DNA from: Blasia pusilla
Lineage: Eukaryota
DNA: 64,000 bases
Assembly: GCA_050084515.1 (NCBI GenBank)
Contig: CM114271.1
Span: 13,392,001-13,456,000 of the forward strand
Reading direction: 5' to 3'
In this document: one piece after another, positions 12,476-23,739 of the stretch
Layout: each line of letters begins with the position of its first letter
How positions within the stretch are numbered: the first letter of the stretch is position 1
Notes under the pieces: generated by a model
What the model was told of the DNA's origin: nothing
Databases searched by the model: none
The model's input: the letters and a program-made list of their open reading frames with translations, nothing else
Translations under genes and position numbers: made by a program

Positions 12476-13430
12476 GGTGTTAGGGTGTTAGATCTCTTCA
12501 GAGGGATTAGCACCAGATTAGCTGCAGTATTGCACGTGGGCATACGGGTGCATCAATACCTTTATGTGGAGAGAGATGAGACCGCGCGGCGAGTATCATT
12601 ACGTTACGTGGCGAGATTGGTCTAGAGGTATCGTGAGTTGTTGCCGGTATTTGCAGTACGGGGATTTCAGCATACACTACCCGCCGACATCTCTTTGGTG
12701 GGGGTGCAGGATCTAGATAGAGTTGGCACCATTCATTTGGTGATTGATGGATGGCCATGTCTAGGTCATTCATGAACTGGCCGAGGATTTGGATTGCAGG
12801 ATCCGAGGTCAGGGATGTTTTGGGAGATGCTGCAAGTAGTACGATACTTGCAGGAGAGTCAGACATGTTCTCCAGCATTTTGGAGAATGTGCCGTTGTTG
12901 GGAGACACTCGTGCTTGTGTGATGACAAGTGTGCATTAGGTGAGGTCCTGGTTGGGACCTGATGTGTTGCTAGATGCAGCGAGAGTTGGGTCACGTGCCC
13001 ATTGTCCATGACTGTGGTGGAAGAACTTGATACCATCAGAGGTACTGAGTCGAGCATACGATGGAGTCTAGAGAGCACCACATCTCATAGTGGATGTTAT
13101 TTTGAGCTTAGGGCGTCGATCTCAGGTGGTGACGCGGGATGATGGACCACCGTTGGCAATGGCCAATAGGGTGGGGGAGTTGAGGGCAGCCTTACCTACG
13201 TTGGTGAGCTTCCCAGCATCCCATGCCTTTCGTCAGGGAGGGTCAGGCATGATTTGGGATGAGGTGACTGGAGCATTGGAGGAGCCTACCGCAGATGAGC
13301 GCGAGCACGCCATGGGGTTTGCTACCCGTACTACGGCGGTGCCAGGGATGATTGAGGCATCCCGGAGATAGGTGTTGGGGCAGACAATGGACCTCAACTG
13401 TCTCACATGAATAGTTAGCCTAGGTATGGC
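12476..13430 (+). pseudogene. DNMT3-like cytosine-C5 DNA methyltransferase domain inside element B pol
   Basis: Motif I VRVLDLFRGIST (~12479), II YLYVERD, IV LVIDGWPC (GWPC 12749-12760), VI LENV (~12880), VIII GSRAHCP*LWW (decayed RxR), IX EPTADEREHAMGF (~13282), X VLGQTMD (~13372), in canonical order. Contains stops. Confidence 0.88.
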
Positions 13431-13724
13431 TGAGCAGAGACGGATGCAAGTGACATCCATGCCGTCACGTCCACGAGTTAGACCATTGCCTACAGGGTCT
13501 GTACAGGCATTGGTTGGGGCCGAGACGAGGAGAGATAGGCACCCATGGACTTCTTGGGACGTCGTTCGAGCAGAGAGTGCAAAGACGGCCAGAGTAGAAT
13601 ATGTTCATTTTTTGGATGTTGAGCATAGTGTGGGAGGTCAGAGTGGAGTGGCTATTGCGGAGGTGGCTAGGATTGCTACATAGCAACCAAAGCCGGAGGT
13701 TGCGTCCTCTCCAAGTGAGGTCAC

Positions 13725-16700
13725 GATGGAGACTTGGGAGCCTGTGATAGGTCTCAAGTTGGTAGGAGGAGAGGACAGCGAGTTCATAGGTTTCTGAGAG
13801 GTCATGTTAGTTGTTTTGCCTTCAGTATGAGAGACTTGAGTACGCTGAAGGGTCCCGGGATACGGATTGAGTTGGCTAGTGATACGCTGATCTTTCGTCG
13901 ATCCTACAGGTATTTTGATATGGAGCGAGCCTTGATTCAGAGCAGGAGTCATGACTTGTTGGAGGCAGGTTTTCTGGAGTTATCACATGGGGAGTATGCA
14001 TCTGCCACAGTCATGTTGGCGAAGAAGGATATGTATGGCAATTGGACGGATAGGCCGATAGGTGGAGATTACAGTCCTATCAACCGACAGACCACATCAG
14101 ATCGGTACGCCATGCCTACTTCCGAGGAGATCTTTGATGCGGTAGGGCATGCAAAGATCTTCAGTACTTTAGATCTCCGTGCTCGCTATCATCAGCTTCC
14201 TATCAGGTTGGAGGACAGGGAGAAGACAACATTCTGGGGGATAGATCGGCTCGGGAGAGATTGCTTGTATTAGTGGCGGTTCTTACCATTTGGGTTAAAG
14301 AACGCGCCTGTAGAGTTTCAGAGAGTGATGGATAGGATTCTGGCTGGCTTGGAGTTTGTACAATGCTACATAGATGATATTCTTATCTTCAGTTCCACAG
14401 TTGAGGAGCATGAATAATACCTGTAGGAGGTGTTTCGGAGATTGCAGTAACATGGACTGAAGTTACATCTAGGCAAGTGCAGATTCTTTCAGGAGCAGAT
14501 TGAGTATTTGGGACACACCATATACCCAAGTGGGTTAGGCGTTCAGCAGACGAAGGTAGAGGCTATTGCGTAGATTCCAGGCCCTACAGATGTGAGTCGA
14601 GTCCAAGCATTTCTTGGACTGGCAAACTTCTATCAACGGTATATCAAGGGTTTTAGTGCGATCGCAAAGTCTTTGACCTTGTTGACGAGACTTGATCAGT
14701 TTTGGTGGTGGGGAGATGATCAGGAGCGAGCATTTCAGGAGCTCAAGGATAGGTTGATGTCCTCACCTATTTTACAAAGACCAATTAGGGGTCGCCCATT
14801 CCAATTACATACGGATTGGAGCATATTGGGTCTAGAAGCAGTGCTTACTCAAAGGGATGACAAGGAGAGGGAGTTCGTTGTGGCTTACGCGAGCTGATCG
14901 AACAACATTGCAGAGGCAAAGTACAGATCCTACGAGGGAGAGTGCTTGGTTGTAGTGTGGACTGTGGCACATTTTAGGTGCTATTTATTCGGCAACCCTT
15001 TCATACTTATGACTGATCATCAGCCGTTGAGGTGGTTGATGGAGTCCGACAAGCTAACGGGAAAGCTTGCCATGTGGGCTCTATTTCTACAGGAGTATGA
15101 GTTTGAGATGGTTCATAGGCCAAGCCGGCTGAACCACGATGCGGATGGGTTGAGTCGTAACCCATCTCCGAGTGAGAGAGACGACAGAGGAGCTCACTGG
15201 CACGGAGAAAGTGATGAGGAGATGGTGCCCGGTTGGCATGCATCTGCCTATCTTTGTTGGTTGACTATGGCAGGTCAGCCACAGATGATGACTCCAGTGG
15301 TGGAGCTCGATGATGAGTCTTTGGATCCGGAGGTCAGTGAGGAGGCGACATGTGGTCGTGATATCCATGACGACGTGGAGGTTGTGGAGTTGTTGCGCAC
15401 TGGCGTCATAACGAGCACAGTGAGTGCTAGGGAGCAGGATCGGATCCTACAGAGAGCCAAGAGGTTCAGATGGGAAGGGAATCACATTTTGCGGGTATGG
15501 GGAGATGGTAGGATACGAGTAGTATCTCATCTTTCCCAGCAAGCACGTGTAGTGCAACATACCCATGAGCAGTTGGGACGTTTTGGAGTTAAGCGTAGTT
15601 ACAGCTTACTCCAGGTTTAGTATTGGTGACGCGGCATGCATACTGGGGTACAACAGTTTGTGGCCATATGTATGGTATGTGATAGAGTGCGAACATCCTT
15701 CAATGCTCCCACTCTACAGTTACATCCTTTGCCGATTATGGGTTTAGGTTATCGGTGGAGTTTAGACTTTGCGGGACCTTTGCCATTGACGAGGCGTCAT
15801 CATAGGTACGTGTTGGTCATGGTGGAGCATTTCTCCAAGTGGATAGAGTTGGTGGCACTACCGAACAAGGCGAGCGAGGGAACAGCTTATGCATTTCTAG
15901 ATCGTGTGCTTAGTGACTTTGGTGCACCGGCGGAGGTGTTGACTGACCAGGGTACCGAGTTCAGGCCTTGTGTCATCAGGCGTTGATAGAACCCCGCACC
16001 ACGTCCAGAGATCATCCTAAGGAGGATGGGTTGGCGGAGAGAGTGGTACAGATGGTGAAGAGAGGATTGCACAAGTATGGCTTGCAGCGGGGACAGTTGA
16101 GGGAGTGGGACCTACAATTGCCATGGTTGGCTATGGATTATCGCTTTAGTCGGCAGGCATCCTTGGCGTCATTTTCACCGTACTTTTTGCTCTTTGGGAG
16201 AGAGCCAGATTTACCTGCAGCGATTCAATGTGACATGGCAGAGGTGTTAGATCTTGATGATCCAGATGTGTGGGTACAAGCATGTTCTCAAAGGGCGGAG
16301 GTTTTTCGTAGAGTTATGCCTATGGCCTTTGAGAACTTAGCTATTGCTCAGCATAGAGATACATTGAGGTACGCGACCACTCGTGGAGGAAGCTATCGTT
16401 CAAGGATTAGGAGGTTTCATCTTGGAGATAACATGTATTTACAGCAGGCATTACCCACGACGCTAGATGTCACTGCACGGCACACAATCCTACGTGTGCG
16501 CAAGGTATTATCGACCGGAGTCCTCATGTTGGAGGGATGGGATGGTATAGTTTGGAAGGATCATGTGCGCAATTGTGCGCCATGTCATCTTCCAAAGTGG
16601 ACGGGACAATGGATCCGAGCTTGGCAGTGGTACCTGCAGCTTGAGGTGTATGTTGTGCAGATCTGCGAGGGGTGTAGCCATCATGTTGGTATGTGATGGT

Positions 16701-16787
16701 TGTTCTCGAGGATGGCATATGTCATGTCTGACCCCCCCTCTTGATGTGGTTCCCACGAGACGATGGATGTGTCCTAGATGTGTATAG
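13725..16787 (+). pseudogene. Element B RT, RNase H, integrase and C-terminal PHD finger
   Basis: IFSTLDLRARYHQL, CYIDDILIFS, FQLHTDWS, TDHQPL, HHCC zinc domain, WSLDFAGP, TDQGTEF, DGLAER; PHD CMLC..MLVCDGCSRGWHMSCLTPPL..PTRRWMCPRC (~16650-16782). Confidence 0.93.
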
Positions 16788-16852
16788 GTAGTAGGTCATG
16801 TGAGAGAGATGTGATATTGTCTATCTGGAGTTCGGGGGATCCAACTGCCAGC

Positions 16853-16862
16853 TAGGGGGGCG
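16853..16862 (+). promoter_or_regulatory. Polypurine tract upstream of B1 in element B
   Basis: CCAGCTAGGGGGGCG. The same motif lies before B1 in C (20211-20226, minus) and in A (40656-40670). Confidence 0.75.
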
Positions 16863-17621
16863 GTTGTGTGATCTTCATGTATATGTATGAGTTGATTTTT
16901 TTAAATGTGTGGATCGACCCGTGTGTGGGGAAGATTGGTGTTTTGTGGTGTAGATATGAACATCAATGTATGTTGTGTAGCGATATGTATGCGCACGACA
17001 GCTGTCACATCTGGGTAGCCGATAGGCCGAGATCTATCGTGGATAGGGCGTCGGAGCCTGCGGACTATCTTGAGTGTAACTTTGTCCCAGTGTGTCGTAT
17101 GAGGTTAAAGATAGGTCCATTGTGTCACGAACATTGTTTCTGGCAACTTTCATATTGAGGTCTTTCACAACCGGGTGACTTGTTGACCAGGTCACCCGCC
17201 CCTGGTAACCCGTGCGTGTAGGTTACCAAGGGGAGGGCTATTTTTAGGGGAAGAGCCTTTTGGCTCTTCCCCAACCCTATATAAGAGAGGAAGATGGTTT
17301 TCCTAAGCCATCTTTCTCATGTTGGGTCGTTGGAGCACCTCTCTTGTATGTGTGTGAGATAGGACTAGGGTGCTAGCGTCCGGATTCCTTGATAGCACAC
17401 GGTGGACGAGGCTCGATATGCCGATGTAGATTGAGGAGTGGAGTTTTAGGCCGGGTGTGCTGTTTTTACTACTCTTTATTTTTGTTGTGTGATCTCCATG
17501 TATATGTATGAGTTGATTTTTGTACATGTGTGGATCGACCTGTGTGTGGGAAAGATCGGTGTTGTGTGGTGTAGATGTGACCAGCGATGTATGTTGTGTA
17601 GTGATATGTATGCGCACGACA
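16863..17621 (+). repeat. Element B 3' block: B1 (16863-17000) - GC - A2 (17003-17483) - B2 (17484-17621)
   Basis: B1 and B2 are 138-bp direct repeats, both ending ATGCGCACGACA. A2 matches A1. Confidence 0.92.
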
Positions 17622-18337
17622 TCTTTCTCACCATACTTGTTGCTTTAAGGCCGAGAGCCAGATTTACCTACGGCCATTCGTCGAGATGTTGTTGAGGTAT
17701 TCAACCTTGATGACCCTAATTTATGGATGCGAGCATGTTCTCAAAGGGCTGAGTTGTTTCGGAGAGTGATGCCCATGGCGTTTGAGAACTTGGCCATTAC
17801 GCAACATGGGAATACGTTGAGGTATGAGACTATTCAGGGAGGTGGTTATCGACCGACTCTTCGGAGGTTTGATCAGGGAGACTATGTCTACTTGTAGCAG
17901 ACGACACCCACGATGTTGGATGTGAGCGAGGGGGTACGTGAGATTTTGCCATGTGGTGTTCTCTTATTGGAGGAATGAAATGGTATGGTTTGGAAGGACC
18001 ATGTGCATCACTCTGCTTCATATCACCTTCCTAACATTGACGGTACAATTGATGCAAGCTTAGCAGTAGTTCTTGCAGGCTTGCGATGTATCTTGTGTGG
18101 TTTCACCCGTGGTGCAGCCACTTTGCTAGTCTGTGATGGATGTTTGAGAGGATGGCATATGGTATGGTTTGGAAGGACCATATGCATCACTTTGCTTCAT
18201 ATCACCTTCCTAACATTATCGGTACAATTGATGCAAGCTTAGCAACAGTTCTTGCACGCTTGCGATGTATCTTGTGTGGTTTCGTCCGTGGTGTAGCCAC
18301 TAAGCTAGTCTGTGATGGCATGTTTGACTCCACCTCT
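17622..18337 (+). pseudogene. Element A integrase C-terminus and PHD N-part, with a local tandem duplication
   Basis: REPDLP, MPMAFENLAI, VWKDHV, CILCG..LLVCDGCLRGWH. ~17980-18160 is repeated at ~18160-18320. Confidence 0.85.
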
Positions 18338-18453
18338 TATTGAAGATTAAGTTACAGTCAAGCTCATGAGATATCTGAACTACTACATTTGGTACTCACA
18401 CGAAGTAGGGGAGCTTAATATTGGTTAGTCAGTTAAGCGCGATTATCTTAACT

Positions 18454-19476
18454 TGTCGTGCGCCTACTCTCCTTGAACGTTAATCTTGTTTGTTGCGGAA
18501 GCGTGCGTTTAGTAGGTCATGCTCTCAATGCTGATCTGCATCCAAACACGCACTTTGGTTAGTCGGGTCTTGGATCAATCAACGGGATTACATCTCGTTC
18601 TCATCTCTCATCAAGCTCAACCTTCCTAGTTTCGCGGTTTCCAACACGGGCAAATCTCGGAAGACTTGGAACAGACTTTCTGGTCGGTTCAAGAACCTGA
18701 AACGGCGTTTCGTGCCTAGCGGTTCCAACTGTCCAATGGACATCCAATGAGTTTCTCATCAAGACTCACACAAAGTGAATCTCGGGTTGGAATCTAAGTG
18801 TGGCGTACAAAGTCCACTCCCTTGGATCAGGTTTGGGTTTCGAGTTCCCACGCCAAACTCCCGTTCCATCCTGTGCCTGTAAAACGCCGTTTGGCGCCCA
18901 AAGTGGGGATTTATTTCCCGAGACATCTCGGAGAGACTCCTCCCTTACTAGTACTTTTGGGGATCTCCAAGGGCCCCCTACATTTAGGGAAAGACACCCG
19001 GGCCTCTCCAATTGGCCCTCAACCCGATTGCTCTCTCAATTGTTTTCGGCCAATATCTCAGCCATTACTTATGCGTTTGCTCAGATCTTTAGTGCGTCGG
19101 AAGCGTCTTAAGATCAACTTTCCAACGCGCCCTTATTTGTCCCAAATGCATCTTGGAGCTCAACGTTATGGTCCTAAACACAATCAGATTCTCCCAAACG
19201 CTAGTCGTGTTCCAAACTGGTTCTCACCTCTTTGGCAACCAACCTCCCAAGACTCAACTCATCTCAAGTCTTGGCTCACGTTTGGTCTAGGTTTCCTGAT
19301 CACGACCACTAACGCATGAAACGCACAACTCTGTTTCGCGTTTCGTCTCTTAGACTTTTCCAAGAGACTTTTCCAAACGCCTCTCCAAAGTGCAAACTTC
19401 GCAGCGTGAGTTCCCTTGAGTTCTGATGTTTCACTTGACACCTATTTGGTGTTGTTTGGTTATGAGGGTCGCGACA
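18454..19476 (-). mobile_element. Solo LTR of the element D chromovirus family
   Basis: TGTCG...CGACA, 1023 bp, aligns with 24807-25823 and 31162-32191. TSD TAACT at 18449-18453 and 19477-19481. Confidence 0.93.
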
Positions 19477-19640
19477 TAACTAGGTTTAGTTAATCACAAT
19501 TAGTCTAACTTGAGACTGTAGTTAAGGTTAGGGTTAAGGTTGCTTGTACATACCCTATATAATTGAGAAGGGGACCAACCTCCATTCATTCTCGCATTAC
19601 AAATTTTGTTCTCCATGGTGATATGTGAGTGTGAGAGCCG

Positions 19641-20212
19641 TGCCTTGCGAATCCACATCGTCATACAACATACATCGCTGACATACCATACTCACATACA
19701 TACATAACATAGACGAGAGCATACACAAACATAAGTGTACCATAACTGAAATCCTACTGTCATAAACACGTATAGAATCACATACAATCAAGCCAAACCC
19801 ACTCCACGATGGGAGAATCCAGGTCGAAACTTGCGGGAACCACCATAGCTAAGAGCTCTACTCACTACCAAGGCTAACTCCCAACGCAACAGGCTCAACT
19901 CAAAGAACTAATTGTTCTTTGAGTGCACTCCATACTATATCCTCCAACCTAAGAGCGGGCCCTACTGGAAAAGTCACCCTCAACTGAGTAACCCCCAACC
20001 CTTTGTATGAAACCGCATCTCTACCTAGAAACTACGGCCCTACATAAGGTATGGCCTCTACTAGCACACTATACTCTATGACATAATCCGTATGGTCATG
20101 ACAGCCGTCGTACCCATCCACATCGTCATACAACATATATCGCTGACATACCATACTCACATACATACATAACATAGACGAGAGCATACACAAACACAAG
20201 TGTATCACAACT
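19641..20212 (-). repeat. Element C 3' block: B1 (20212-20106) - GC - A2 (20103-19784) - ~36-nt spacer - B2 (19747-19641)
   Basis: B1 and B2 are 107-bp direct repeats. A2 (320 bp) matches A1 at 35208-34889. The PPT lies immediately upstream of B1. Confidence 0.9.
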
Positions 20213-20393
20213 CGCCCCCCTAATTGGCGGTTACGTCCCTCTAACTCCCAGGTAACCCTATACATCTACTACATGCTATACACCTTCTTGGGTGCACGAA
20301 TCAAAAGGCCGGGTGCTAGGTTGCCCCATCGTTAGTCGCCTATCTGTAATCCATATCACGCAAAGATCAAGTCATCTACCTCTCCTAAGTACA

Positions 20394-23300
20394 TCAAGGA
20401 CAAACCCACCTTCCAGTAGGAACAACATCCATACGTGGAATCAAACACATCATGTGCCAACCCCTAGAACATCGATCACACACCAACATACGGGCTGCGT
20501 TACTAGCAGACCCACACAACATATACCTCAAGCTAGCACGTATCATGGCTAAGCTTGGGTCAACAGTACCATCCACATTTGGAAGATGACATGGCGCACA
20601 ATTACGCACATGGTCCTTCCAAACAACTCCATCACGACCCTCCAACATGAGAACTCCAGAAGCTAACACCTCTTGCACTCGTAAAATAGTGCGGCCTGCC
20701 GTCACATCCAACGTTGTCGGTGCAATCTGCTGAAAATAGACATAGTCCCCCACATGGAACCTACGAATCGATGGTCGATAACCTCCACCCCGAATGGTTG
20801 CATACCGCAACGTATCCCTGTGTTGAGCAATGGCAAGGTTCTCAAAGGCTATTGGCATAACTATCCGGAATAGCTCTGCCCGTTGAGAACACACTCTCAT
20901 CCACATCTTTGGGTCATCAAGGTTCACCACCTCACTAGACTCCCAACGAATTGTTGCTGGCAAGTCTGGATCTCGACCGTATAACAGAAAATAAGGTGAG
21001 AAGGAAACCAAGGATGATTGGCGACTGAACCTATACCCCATGGCTAACCATGGCAACTGAATATCCCAGTCTCCAAGATGCCCCTTCTGTAGGCCATACT
21101 TGCGCAATGCCCTCTTCACCGTCTGAACCACACGCTTAGCCAAACCATCCGCCTTTGGATGATCTCGAGACGTGGTCTGATGATCAATCAACGGCTTGTC
21201 ACACAAGATCTGAAACTCACCCTGAAACTTTGTACCCTGGTCGGTCAGCACTTCAACTGGTGCACCAAAATGACTAAGCACTCTATCAAGAAACGCATAC
21301 GCCGTTCCCTCACTTGCCTTGTCAGGTAATGCCACCAACTCAATCCACTTGGAGAAGTGCTCCACCATCACCAACACATATCGATAATGTCGTACACTCA
21401 ACGGTAACGGTCCCGCAAAGTCCACACTCCAAAGGTAACCGAACCCCATAATAGGCAAGGGGTGTAACTGTGGTGTAGGGGCATTGAATGATGCCCTCAC
21501 TTGGTCACAAACCATACAACGTGACACCAACTGTTGTACCTGAGTATGCATGCCACGCCACCAATACTGACCAAGGAGTAAGCTATACGTACGCTTTACC
21601 CCAAAATGTCCCAACTCCTCATGGGCATGTTGCACAATGCGCTCTCTCTGAGCCAAATGCGGCACTACTCGTACTCTACCATCCTTCCACACACGGAGAA
21701 TATGTGTTCCCTCCAATCGATGCCTCTTAGCACGTTGAAGAACACAGTCTCGTTCCTTGGCACTCACTATGCCTGGCACCCTACTGGTCCGTAGGAACTC
21801 CAACACCAACGCATCATCATGAATATCACACTGATCCGTACCACCATCTCCAACCTTAGGATCTGAAGGCTGGCCATCTATCCTCTGACTAGAGTAAGAT
21901 GTCATGTGGTCCTCCATACTAGAGTCCACCCCTAACCAACATAAAAAGGCGGATGCATGCCAACCTCGCACCATCTACTCATCAACCTTGCCATGCCATC
22001 TAGCCCCAGTTGCATCCTCTTGGCTAGTACATGGGTTCCTACTCAACCCATCAGCATCAAGGTTGGCAACTCCAGGTCTATGTACCACCTGGAAGTCATA
22101 CTCTTGTAAGATAAGAGCCCATAGTGCAAGCGTCCCTGTAAGCTTGTCAGACTCCATTAACCACTTGAGCGGTTGGTGATCAGTAATAAGGGTAAACTGT
22201 GTGCCAAACAAGTAACACCTAAAGTGTGCCACAACCCACACTACTGCCAAGCACTCTCCCTCATATGAACTGTAGCGTGACTCCGATGCATTATTCGAAC
22301 GACTTGCATAGGCTACCACAAACTCCATATGCTCATCATCATGTTTTGTCAACACCGCTCCAAGTCCCAACCTACTCCAATCAATGTGTAACTGAAATGG
22401 GTGCCCTCTGATAGGTCTCCTCAAGATAGGCGCAGCCACCAACTAGGCCTTGAGCTCCACAAAAGCTCTCTCCTGATCATCTCCCCAATGCCACTTTGAT
22501 CTGATTTCAGAAATTGGTTCAAAGGCTTTGCCATAGCACTAAATCCCTTCACATACCTCCGATAGTAGTTCGCCAATCCCATGAATGCCCAAACTCTACT
22601 CACATCTACTGGACGTGGAATAAGTGCAATAGCCTCCATCTTTGCTTGCTGAACTCCCAAACCACATGGATAGATCACATGATCCAAGTACTCAACATCC
22701 TCATGGAAGAACTTACACTTTCCTCGATGCAAACGTAGACCATGAGCTTTCAACCACTCAAACACAATCTGCAGATGTATCTGATGCTCCTCCACCGTGT
22801 TACTCAACACCAAGATATCATCAATGTAACACCGAACAAAATCCAACCCTGCTAGGATCCTGTCCATCACTCTCTGAAACTCGGCAAGTGCATTCTTCAA
22901 CCCAAAGGGTAAGAATTTCCACTGGTACAAACAATCCTTGCCATGAGAGTTGACACACCAAAATGTTGTCTTGGCCTTGTCACTTTCCCGAATCGGCAAT
23001 TGATGGTATTATGCCCGAAGATCCAAAGTACAGAAAATCTTTGCTTGTCCCACCACATCAAAGATCTCCTCAGGTGTAGGCATGGCAAACCTATCGGCCT
23101 TGGTTTGCCGATTGATAGGATGGTAATCTCCACACATCCGCCTATCCGTGCAGTTGCCATGCATATCCTTTCTAGCAGGCATGAGAGTGGCCGATGCATA
23201 CTCTCCATGCGACAACTCCACTAATCCAGCCTCCAAAAGGTCCAACGTCCTACTGTGAATCAGGTCCCTCTCCATATCATTATATAGGTAGGGACGATGA

Positions 23301-23465
23301 AAGATTGGCATATCACTAGCCAAATCAATCCGTATACCGGGTCCAACCAAAGCACCCAACTCCTTCATTCTAAAGGCAAAACAACTCCTATAAGCACGTA
23401 GGAACTGTGTCAAGCGTCGTTTCTAACCTCCCGTAAGCTTGGGCCCAAGTAATGGCTCCCAAGTC
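20394..23465 (-). pseudogene. Element C RT, RNase H, integrase and PHD finger
   Basis: ORFs 23009-23413, 22421-22999 (CYIDDILV), 21975-22442 (RNase H) and 20394-21974 (526 aa: HHCC, DFAGP, TDQG, DGLAKR; MLCG..MLVCDRCSRGWHMMCLIP..WVCP). Confidence 0.93.
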
Positions 23466-23739
23466 TCCTCCACTAGCACACTAGAGGGAGAGGACGATGC
23501 CATTGGCTGCTACGCAACCCCCTCACAGGATGGTACACCCTTAGCTACACCATCATCTGAGCAAATAACTCCTCCACCAGCATGAGCAACCAACTCCACA
23601 TGCCCAACCATTACATCCCATTTACTCCAAGGATGCAAAATACTACTCTCCTCGCCCCTAGCCGATGCCTTTACCGTCCCGGTAGCCATCGAGCTCATCA
23701 CAAGGGGTGGAAGACCCACAGACATAGTCCGAAGTCGAC

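Larger units (their letters stand above)
4993..17621 (+). mobile_element. Element B: complete-boundary Ty3/Gypsy element, gag-PR-DNMT-RT-RH-INT-PHD, with split direct repeats
   Basis: Starts (C/T)GTCACATC, ends GCACGACA, flanked by TCTT at 4989-4992 and 17622-17625. Removing it restores the element A integrase frame. Confidence 0.92.

Noticed and set aside
12476-13430. Bacterial restriction-modification MTase or contamination
   Set aside because: The domain is embedded in Pol at the same position in three retroelement copies, and no endonuclease partner is present.
17003-17483. A2 as a solo LTR inserted into a short B-type LTR
   Set aside because: B is duplicated in full (about 100-138 bp) rather than split by a 4-5 bp TSD, and the same layout recurs in three subfamilies.
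4993-17621. DIRS/Ngaro tyrosine-recombinase element
   Set aside because: Despite the split repeats, it encodes an aspartic protease and an HHCC-DDE integrase, has TG..CA-type ends with a TSD, and shows no tyrosine recombinase. Its MTase is C5-type, not the DAM-like domain of DIRS.
18766-19441. ORFs repeated at 24912-25773 and 31166-32027
   Set aside because: They lie within D-family LTRs and their frames are not conserved between copies.
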